A stretch of 64,000 bases of DNA. Origin: Squalus acanthias. Taxonomy: Eukaryota. Positions 55,678-64,000 of the stretch are shown here, piece after piece. The DNA is taken from contig CM059425.1 of NCBI GenBank assembly GCA_030390025.1, positions 175,028,001 to 175,092,000 on the forward strand. Reading direction: 5' to 3'. Every line of letters starts with the position of its first letter. The stretch's first letter is position 1. The notes below the pieces were generated by a model, which saw nothing but the letters and a program-made list of their open reading frames with translations, did no database searches and had not been told where the DNA came from. Both the position numbers and the translations under genes were made by a program.

Positions 55678-56421
55678 GGCCCAAAAATTCGTGAGGAAGC
55701 CTTCGTGCGAGGGTAAGGCCTCCCCGCGATCTCTCACTCCACATTGGCTTTTTCAGTTCCAGCTCGCACGAACTTGATGTTCTGGACAGCTGCTGTGCTG
55801 GACTTGCGTATCCCACCGGCGTAGTTAATTCGTGCGAGCTGTGGGATCACGTGACTCAGTTAGAGCCAATGGCAGCACACCATCTTCCATTCATAACTTT
55901 CACATAAGTGCTGTGAAAGTTATGAATACTATAGCCCCCCAAAAGAACCGCTAAACTTCAATTAAATTTAAAAAAAAAACCATCACATTAATAAAATAAG
56001 TATAGTTAAATAAATTAACCATTTTAAATAAAAAATAAAATTTTTGAAAAAATTTAAAATCTTTTAAAATGTTATAAAAATAAACTTACCTGTCTTTAAA
56101 GTCTCTAAAAAAGATATACCTGTTAAAAAAAATTCAAAATAATACTTAATTCACTACTTACCTTGTTAAAAGTGGGTCTTACTCCTCCTTTTTTTATGTG
56201 TAGAATCTTCCGTACTTACCTGCGCGTTGAAACCACTAAGTGCACAACGTGCGCGCAGCCTGTAGCGTGCACGCGGTTCACCTAGGACCCGCCCCCTTTT
56301 CCATTCACCAAGTGCCGGTTTTCAGCGCATGCGCAGTGCATGCAGAAAACCGGCAATTGGAGACAGAATACGCGAGAGTACGCAGTGCGTACTCTCGCGT
56401 ATCAAGACTAATTTTTGGGCC
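55678..56421. mobile_element. Harbinger-type MITE inserted in the ERV interior
   Basis: TIRs GGCCCAAAAATT / AATTTTTGGGCC; 3-bp TSD ATT; CpG-rich ends. Confidence 0.85.
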
Positions 56422-58296
56422 ATTGAGGTTAATTAACCTATTAAAAACCAGACTTTCATTGTGCACGGTGAAATTCTGGTTGGTGTAAATTTGTGTAGAC
56501 CGCATTGAATAAGATATTTAATGGTCTGAAACCAGATTTTGAAATATTTATAGTCTTGGATACAGAACGGGTTCTGGTCCATACCATTGGCAGAGGAATC
56601 ACAAGGAAATTCGCCTTTACTGTCAGGGATAGACAGGAATTTTATATCAGACTTTGCAGGGAAAGCATTGTGCCAGAAAAAAAAACTAATTTGAATTACA
56701 ATTTTATATCAGACTTTGCAGGGAAAGTGCCCCAAGAATTAAAAAAAAACCTAATTTGAATTACAATTTAAGTTAAGCTGGTGTGTAAAAACTGAGAAGA
56801 ACAACAAAAAAAAGTTTGTTTAACAAAAGATTAAGTTTCGGTCTAAGATTTAACCTTGGAGTCGCGGTTGCTATGGTAAAATCTTCCAAAGCAATTTGAT
56901 TTGATTTGCTTAAATGTGAAAAACTAATTTATAGTTATAGTATTTTGGAAAGACATCTGAAGAAAGGACAATAAGAAATATGATGTAATTTACTAGTTCT
57001 GCAAGCATGTGCTATTTTGTTTTGTTTTATCTGTTCTGTTCGTGTTTAGTTAAAGTGTGAAAACACAACTGCTTTTTTTGGATCGGGAAAGTTTTTTTTT
57101 AATTTACGTAAAGTGACGCAATTGCGTGCGCCTGATAATGTTTCGCTCCAGCTTCTTAAAAAACCTGCAAAGGAGTTAACCCTTTCCACTGACAGCTGAT
57201 TAAGTTCATCGAGCAACAACTTTAGTATGAAATTGAACATTGACAAAACCTATCAGTTCAACAGTACTGCTGTTTGGATTTTGGGATAATTTTGTAATAA
57301 CAAAATGGACTCAGGCACTATATATATATGGGGTTACTTTTGGGAAAATAAAAGATCCTCTAAAATAATGATAAATAAAAAGTGTTAGTAACTTGGACCT
57401 AGTGAGAATGTTTGATCTATGTTTTCAATCTTAAATATTATACTGGACAGTAAAGTTACTCCAGGGCTCATGAATGAGATATGAATGGTAATTAATGGGA
57501 TGTGTAAGATAGAAACAGGAGAAATTACACTGCTGAATGGGAATTAAAAAAAAACTTGTTAGTGAAAGTCAGGAAAGTGCAGTTAAGAATAGTAAATTGA
57601 TAGCTTTCTCTTGGAGACATTTGTGTCCCTGCCTATAATGAACTTTTTAAGAAAACTGAATTTGATAGCCTGGCCACTATCCAAGATATCGAGACCATGC
57701 AGAGGAAGATGAACAAAGACAATCTTTTGATAAGATACCTGAAAGCCCGAGAAAGGCACATGTGGCATGATATTGAGATACCGGTATGAGTGTGCAAATG
57801 TGATTTGTTACGTATGAAGCGATTACCATCTGGAAATGTATGTTGAATTTGCACTGAAGAACGGGTCTCAGACATGCTCAGTTACTTGACAACAGCAAGA
57901 CATGAAATGGTTAATGTGGCTCAGGAGAGCGAGACAACTTTTAAAGCATTGACACATACTCCATCGAGAAACTATCTAATTAATGAAACAATCAGAATAG
58001 AGTTAAACACACTGGTACCTGTTAGAAGGATTGAAATTGAAGTTGAAGTGGAGAGTTACATGGAATCTGGATTGGGACAATTGAGGGCTAAGGAGAAATC
58101 ATGTTTAGCAAGAATTATCCACAAGATGGATACGAGTAAAAGAGAGATCTGGAGAATCTTTTAAGTCCATGATTTGTTGATTAGATGTTAAACTGTAATG
58201 TTGCTTGAAATTGTAAGACTGAATTTAACTATGACTGTAATAATTGTGTTTTGTAGGTAACAGAGCGTGGGAAAAACCAGTGCGAATCCAGTATGA

Positions 58297-58770
58297 GGTG
58301 GTTTTGGTAGTGCCTCCTGTGTCACTACTACCGCAACTACCATGCTTTACGGGTCTAACAGGACCTGTCCCGTTAACCAACACATTTTACATAATATCGA
58401 AACCTATGCTCAAGTGAAACTGACAGTAAATGAGGTACTTAAGTATGAGCTGCACAATTATGTGGCATAATTCGGATACGACATTCCCCTGTTGTCTAAA
58501 GTTATCAGTGAGCTCATGATGCGACTGAACTCCTCCCTAAAGCATTTTTATGTTCTGAAGGAAGACAACTCGAGAATAGATATTGAAATTGACAGCATAG
58601 GGGACAACTCACACTGGTGGGATAATTGGGCTTAATATATCAGCACACACTTAGATTTGTATTATTTCACACGCTCTGGTAGTTCTCCAACTTGTAATGA
58701 TAGTGTATTTGATATATGTAACCTATGTAGTAAGATACACAAGCCAATTGGGTACTCATGCCCATGACTA
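58297..58770 (+). pseudogene. Degenerate C-terminus of a second env-like type I membrane protein
   Basis: SCVTTTATTMLYGSNRTCPV...LSKVISELMMRLNSSLKHFYVLKEDNSRIDIEIDSIGDNSHWWDNW, frameshift, IISHALVVLQLVMIVYLIYVTYVVRY; contains in-frame stops. Confidence 0.5.
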
Positions 58771-59276
58771 ACCAGCACTAAGAAATTGAGCACACCGAAA
58801 GAGAAGATCCAAAGCAATGTAGAGGAGACCCCAGGCGGGGTAACATCAGGAAAGATAGAAGAAACAGAGGATACCCCAGGCGGGGCAGAATTGGAACACC
58901 GGAATGGACTATTAGAAGGGAGAAATCTTCAAGACTCCCTACTAACTAATGCCCAAGTTGAGAGAGAGCAATAAGAACTAGCTAGATTAGTCAAGAGCCG
59001 ATTGTGAGAAGTCAATAAGGGTTATTTCCTTCTCAAAGAAGGGAATTGTAAGAAATAGCTGTTAGATTCAAAGATGGGTTTTAATTCTTAGAACAGAAAC
59101 TGACAACATGCAGCCAGGAATAGATAGCAGAAATGCCAGCAAGGTCAAATATCAAGCATCAAAAGACAAATAGAAGTGATAAGAGAATAATAAACTGCAA
59201 AACAACACAGGGTGGGGGGGTAATAGACAGAAAAAAAGAAAAACATTTTTTTAAAAACTTTTGAAGGACTTACACA

Positions 59277-60017
59277 ATGGTAATCATAGATATGTTTTCA
59301 AGATGGGTTGAAGCTTTTCCATGTAAAAAGAATGATGCTGTAACAGTTGCAAAGTGTTTGTTAAAAGAAATCATACCAAGGTTTGGAATACCTATGCAAC
59401 TTTCATGCGACAATGGATCACATTTTACTGGAATGATCATAAAGGAACTATGTAAGGCTTTGCAGATTAATCAGCATTTCCACTGCAGTTATCATCCGCA
59501 ATCTGCGGGATTAGTAGAAAGATATAACGGAATGCTGAAGAATAAACTTTCTAAACTTTGCAATGAAACTGGACTAAAATGGGTTGAACTGTTACCCTTA
59601 GCATTGATGGTAATGCGAGCAGCAACTAACAGGACAACTGGACTGTCGCCACATGAGATTGTTATGGGACGACCCCAAAGGCTGCCATTCTCAGCACCCT
59701 TTACGGTTAAACAAATGGACATTCATAAAATGGATGAAAGTATGCTTAACTATTGCATTGCTTTAACTAGATGTATTTCCAGCTTTCACCAACAGGTAAA
59801 GGAAGCTCAAACGGAACCGGCCGAAGGAAAATGCCATAACTTGGAACCAGGAGATGACGTCTACGTAAAGGTCTATAAGAGGAAGAACGGTCTGCAGCCA
59901 TGCTTTGAAGGGCCATATCAAGTACTCTTGACAACAAATACAGCTGTAAAGGTCAAGGAAAGACCTACTTGGATCCACGCATCCCATTGCAAGAAAGTAT
60001 CAGATAAGGACAGTTGA
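59277..60017 (+). pseudogene. Retroviral integrase, N-terminally truncated (catalytic core second half plus GPY/F C-terminal domain)
   Basis: [60 protein letters not shown] and the first catalytic Asp are absent. Confidence 0.9.
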
Positions 60018-60042
60018 ATTTGAATTTGAAAAGACTTAAACA

Positions 60043-61493
60043 ATGAAGCTGTTATTTACGTTTTACCTACTAATCGGACTGATATGTATAGCCTGCCAAG
60101 GGAGAGGAAAAGAACCCCGAAAGAAACGAGAATTACATATGAACACCTTTTTGTATATGTCATATAAGTATGTCAAAAAAAGTGGGATAAACGCCTGTTG
60201 GGTATGTAGCCATATTCCTACTTATGTGAAAAGAGGAATACCTCTGCGACCGATACCCTTGAACCTCACAGATATGGCAGAATGGATAATTAATAAAAAT
60301 CATACGAAACAGAAAGATACCGCCCTATCCACCTTCGGAAAAATATGGGAACAAAAGTGGTCTAGCCTAAGAAACGAGTTTAAGGGGGGAGGATATTCGT
60401 TAGAAAATTTTAAAGGATGGTACAAGCCGACGTATGATTATACGAAAGAACCTCCTTTACATCGGGAAAGGGCCGACCAATCGGGGATATATGCTGGGAA
60501 CGCGATCTAGGACAGACTAAAGGGAACAGAGTTAATATGGGGAAAAGTCGTTGCATACAAAAGTTTATTACGTACAAGACAGGAAGTTCCATGGAAAGCT
60601 GGTGGTTCAATACTACCAGTTTGATGAATTTGACTAATAACAGACCATGGAATGGGACTAAACGATTGAATACTGATAATCAGATGGGTTTTACCGTTTT
60701 CCGCACCAACGTGAACCCTGATCAACCGGGACAGATAGTGACAGCCTATAACGGGACGTACTTCATATGCGGTCACAGAGCATACCCTTGGCTACCAGAG
60801 AATTGGGCAGGATCATGCTATTTGGGGTACGTAGTACCATACATACACCACATAAAGGAATTGAAAGACCACCATAAGCATAGCTGTAAGAAAAGAGAAC
60901 TCCCCACATGGAAGATATTAGTTGGAGCTATGTTTCCCCCTGCTGGAATAGCGTTTACTTCCCAAGAAATACTGTTACTGTCAGCATTAATTGAGGGAGT
61001 AGCGAATGACACGATTAAATCCCTGAGGGAGGTAAGCACCGAAATGGTAGCCCTGAGAACCGTCGCCCTACAAAATAGAATGGCACTGGATTACCTACTA
61101 GCTGCACAGGGAGGTACACGTGCCATGATCGGAGCAGAATGCTGCACATATATCCCAGATAGCTCTGAAAATATAACCAACTTAGCGGACCATATTCAGA
61201 AACAGGTTGCCCTGCTCCATCAATCCAGGACCAAAGGCGGCTGGGCTGATTGGATATTAGGGGGATGGTTGGGATCGATGGGACAAGTATTATTGCATGG
61301 ATTAGTAGTAATAATAGCCGCAATTGTATGTATTATTTTGGTTGTCACAATGATTAAGTGTTGTTGTAATAGGTTAGGCAAGGTAGTCATACCTGAAGTA
61401 AGTATAATGATACAGAAAGAAATAAATGACGAAGAAGAAAAGTATGGTCCCTTCGGGGAGGAACTGAGGCGATTGAATAACATACAATTTTGA
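60043..61493 (+). pseudogene. env: Gamma-type retroviral envelope (SU+TM), one frameshift near 60455-60510
   Basis: Signal peptide, CWVC, YFICG..YPWLP.NW.GSCYLG, CKKR cleavage, ISD LQNRMALDYLLAAQGG, (R)X6CC, TM helix. Confidence 0.9.
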
Positions 61494-61692
61494 GGATTAG
61501 ACAATCTAGACAAAATATACATATAGACATATATACATTTTTGCATGCTCCCCACTTTCGGTAAACATATTCTTCCACCCACATGGGATCTGCAGGCTAG
61601 GGAAAGAGAGAGGACTCCTTACAACTGCCGGTGACGTCGACCTTGTATATCACTTGGTCCGCACTCTGGAGGCTCACGTAGAAGCACTTGTG

Positions 61693-61870
61693 CTTTGGAG
61701 AACCCCACAGGTTAGGTATAAACTGTGTGGGTCATGAATCAGCTGTAGTTCCTTTGGAGAACCCCACAGGTTAGGTATAAACTGTGTGGGTCATGAATCA
61801 GTCCTCCTCTATAAGCTGCAGTTCCCTAGGAGAACCCCACAGGTTAGGCACAAACTGTGTGGGCCATGAC
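61693..61870 (+). repeat. Three ~50-bp direct repeats with hairpin potential between env and PPT
   Basis: GGAGAACCCCACAGGTTAGGTATAAACTGTGTGGGTCATGA in units starting at ~61693, 61752 and 61826. Confidence 0.9.
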
Positions 61871-62229
61871 TTCGAACTCCTCTATGAGCTGCTGTACCCT
61901 ATCTCCTTAGAGGGTGTATAGCGACACCTGAACTGCAGGCTAGTAAAAGCTGCAGGAAAAGTTAGAGAACAGCAGACTAATGAACCACAAAAGTACGCCA
62001 CAGTCACCAAAACACAACTAAAACCCCTACAAGAACATACGCCCAAACACCGAGACTAGACAGAGAAGAAGGACGATCTTAAATAAGGTCAGCCATCAAT
62101 ACAGGTATAATCCCGAGGATGGTTAAAACAGAAAAGAAGTTGGCATCCCTGGCCAAAATCCAAATTTGGTACAGGAACCGACAAGAAAGACCGAAAAAGT
62201 TAAATTGAGCTATTTTGTCCTAGAAGGAC

Positions 62230-62243
62230 AAAAAAGGGGGGAA
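62230..62243 (+). promoter_or_regulatory. Polypurine tract
   Basis: AAAAAAGGGGGGAA immediately before the TG of the 3' LTR. Confidence 0.9.
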
Positions 62244-62379
62244 TGTGGAAGTGCAGTTTTTGTCTCGGACAAAATAGTTTCCTTGAATTTAAACTAATAA
62301 AATGGCCGACTCTGACTTGTGTGGAAAAGGGAAAAAATCCATTGTTATGTTCTTTTCTGAAAATAACTTTAAAGTCTTA
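62244..62379 (+). repeat. ERV 3' LTR, first 136 bp (remainder displaced by the Harbinger insertion)
   Basis: Two substitutions versus 53493-53628 by eye. Confidence 0.92.
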
Positions 62380-64000
62380 GGGGTAAAAATTCACTTGGTT
62401 GCGCCTCCCGTTAGCGCCTTAAGAGGGCGCTAATGGGGCGTTAAGCCGCTAACGCCCGGGCGCAGCGCTGTTTGCGCCGCTCGAGAACTTAACTTGAGAT
62501 TGTGCGGCGGCGCTAAAACTTACCGCTGCGACCACCTGCGTGCGCAGATTGTGACGTCATTCCCTGGTGCAACGCCCTTGGGGCGCCCCGGAGCGGAAAT
62601 TGAGTGGCGCCCCCTGCCTTACCGCCTGGCGCTTCCAACGACCGGAAGACTGGAACGTTATCAATCGGTGTGGGGCTGGGGGGGGCGCTATTTAAAGGGG
62701 GCCTCTTCCTGTCTTTTTCTGTGGTCGACATTTATGCACCACTCGTTCTGAGAGAGAGAGAGAGATTCGGAGAGAGAGAGAGAGAGACTTCTACATTGAC
62801 TCAATGCTTTGTGAGGTAGTTTTGCCTAGTTCATCCTAACTTTGTTGCTACTTTAGTTGCTGTACCTCATTACTTTTCTGGCAAAGAGAATATGGGGGCT
62901 GCAATGATTGGGGGCGTCGTCCTGCTCCAGCTGAATCGGAGGATACTGAGACGCAGACAGAGAGTGGCAATGATGGCCAGACGGAGGAGGGCCATCAGGC
63001 GCATGTACAGGAGAGCTTACCCTCCCAGGGTATATCGTGAACAGCTCTCCTACATCCATATGTCCGAGGAGCTGTGTTTGCGAAGGCTGCGATTCAGCAA
63101 GGAGGTGGTCACTGAGCTCTGCCACCTGCTGCAGCCAGATCTGCAGCCTCAGCTGAGGTCCAGGACGTCTCTGTCGGTGGCAGTGAAGGTCACAGTGGCT
63201 TTGAACTTCTACGCCACTGGCTCATTCCAAGCTGCTGTTGGGGACCTCGCCAATATCTCCCAGTTTGCGGTGCATCGCTGCATCCGGCAGGTCACCAATG
63301 CCCTCTTCAGAAGGAGACGAGACTTCATCTCTTTCCCTATGACCCCAGACAAGCAGCGTGACCGTGCTCTGGGCTTTACGAGGGTAGCGGGCTTCCCCAT
63401 GGTGCAGGGCGCCATTGACTGCACGCATGTGGCTTTGTGTGCTCCGCGAGAGAATGCAGAGGAATTCAGGAACAGAAAGGGGTTCCATTCCTTGAATGTG
63501 CAGTTGGTCTGTGACCACAGACAGGTGATACTCGCTGTCAATGCCCACTATCCGGGCAGCTGCCACGATGCTTTCATCCTGCGCCAGACTACTGTGGCAG
63601 AAGTTTTCGAGGCACCGCATCAGCCAGTTGGTTGGCTTCTGGGGGACAAGGGGTACGCATTGAGCACCTGGCTGATGACACCGCTCCGTACGCCAAACAC
63701 CCCTGCTGAGCTGCGGTACAATGAAAGCCATCAAGCAACCAGGAACATTATTGAGCGCACAATCGGCGTGCTGAAACAACGGTTCCGCTGTCTGGACCAT
63801 TCCGGAGGAGCCCTGCAGTACTCGCCTGAGCAAGTTTCGAACTTCGTAGTCGTGTGCTGCATGTTGCACAACATGGCAATCCTCAGGACCCAGCCAATGC
63901 CACCAGGCCTTGTAGCACCACCAGAGGAGGAGGAGGAAGAGGAGGAAGAGGACGAGGACGATGATCATCAGCAGCACCAAGGCAGGAGGGCGGCCCACAA
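62380..64000 (+). mobile_element. PIF/Harbinger DNA transposon, probably autonomous; runs off the window
   Basis: Begins GGGGTAAAAATTCAC right after TTA of the LTR; 5' end homologous to MITE 3346-4212; carries a transposase ORF. Confidence 0.92.
62892..64000 (+). CDS. Harbinger DDE transposase (HARBI1-like nuclease family), at least 369 codons, no stop before the window end
   Basis: Manual translation: MGAAM...YPPRVYRE...LRRLRFSKE...ALNFYATGSFQ...GFPMVQGAIDCTHV...FRNRKGFHSLNVQLVCD...YPGSCHDAFIL...WLLGDKGY...YNESHQATRNIIERTIGVLKQRFRCL...CCMLHN, acidic tail. Confidence 0.93.
   Translation, partial: MGAAMIGGVVLLQLNRRILRRRQRVAMMARRRRAIRRMYRRAYPPRVYREQLSYIHMSEELCLRRLRFSKEVVTELCHLLQPDLQPQLRSRTSLSVAVKVTVALNFYATGSFQAAVGDLANISQFAVHRCIRQVTNALFRRRRDFISFPMTPDKQRDRALGFTRVAGFPMVQGAIDCTHVALCAPRENAEEFRNRKGFHSLNVQLVCDHRQVILAVNAHYPGSCHDAFILRQTTVAEVFEAPHQPVGWLLGDKGYALSTWLMTPLRTPNTPAELRYNESHQATRNIIERTIGVLKQRFRCLDHSGGALQYSPEQVSNFVVVCCMLHNMAILRTQPMPPGLVAPPEEEEEEEEEDEDDDHQQHQGRRAAH

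Larger units (their letters stand above)
53493..62379 (+). mobile_element. Class I (gamma/epsilon-like) endogenous retrovirus, non-autonomous; 3' LTR interrupted
   Basis: LTR-PBS...integrase-env-PPT-LTR architecture. Confidence 0.92.

Noticed and set aside
56210..56225. U1 snRNA gene (TACTTACCTG)
   Set aside because: Only the first ~10 nt match; no U1 body follows. It is a reverse-strand splice donor motif.
57300..57560. Decayed gag matrix region in the ERV
   Set aside because: Only vague resemblance, with many stops and no capsid MHR or CCHC motif; cannot be supported.
63222..63998. 258-aa minus-strand ORF with a hydrophobic N-terminus
   Set aside because: Antisense shadow of the transposase; the hydrophobic run is the reverse complement of the GAG/GAC acidic tail.
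62892..64000. Domesticated host gene HARBI1
   Set aside because: Lies within a TIR-bounded element inserted into a young LTR, so it is a transposon copy rather than the host gene.

Overview
Eukaryotic vertebrate genomic DNA, very probably a cartilaginous fish (shark), judging from the repeat content (DeuSINE/SacSINE1-like, HE1/V-SINE, LF-SINE, abundant CR1/L2). The only host gene is a complete five-exon REEP5 on the minus strand (CDS 30674->886; exons 118/94/139/169/50 nt; 189 aa; all GT-AG). The rest is transposable elements. These include an apparently intact full-length CR1 LINE with four 76-bp 5' monomers inside REEP5 intron 2; two related CR1 copies, one retaining and one precisely lacking a 106-nt GT-AG intron in the 5' UTR; and L2, RTE-X-like, Tx1 and Penelope fragments, several in deeply nested stacks. 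There are also several Harbinger-type MITEs and a class I endogenous retrovirus with near-identical LTRs, a tRNA-Gln PBS, a PPT, no recognisable gag/RT, a partial integrase, a frameshifted gamma-type env and a second unrelated env-like remnant. Its 3' LTR is interrupted by a PIF/Harbinger transposon whose transposase ORF is open to the window end and is missing from the ORF track. TE family names come from motif recognition, not database searches, and many TE boundaries are approximate.
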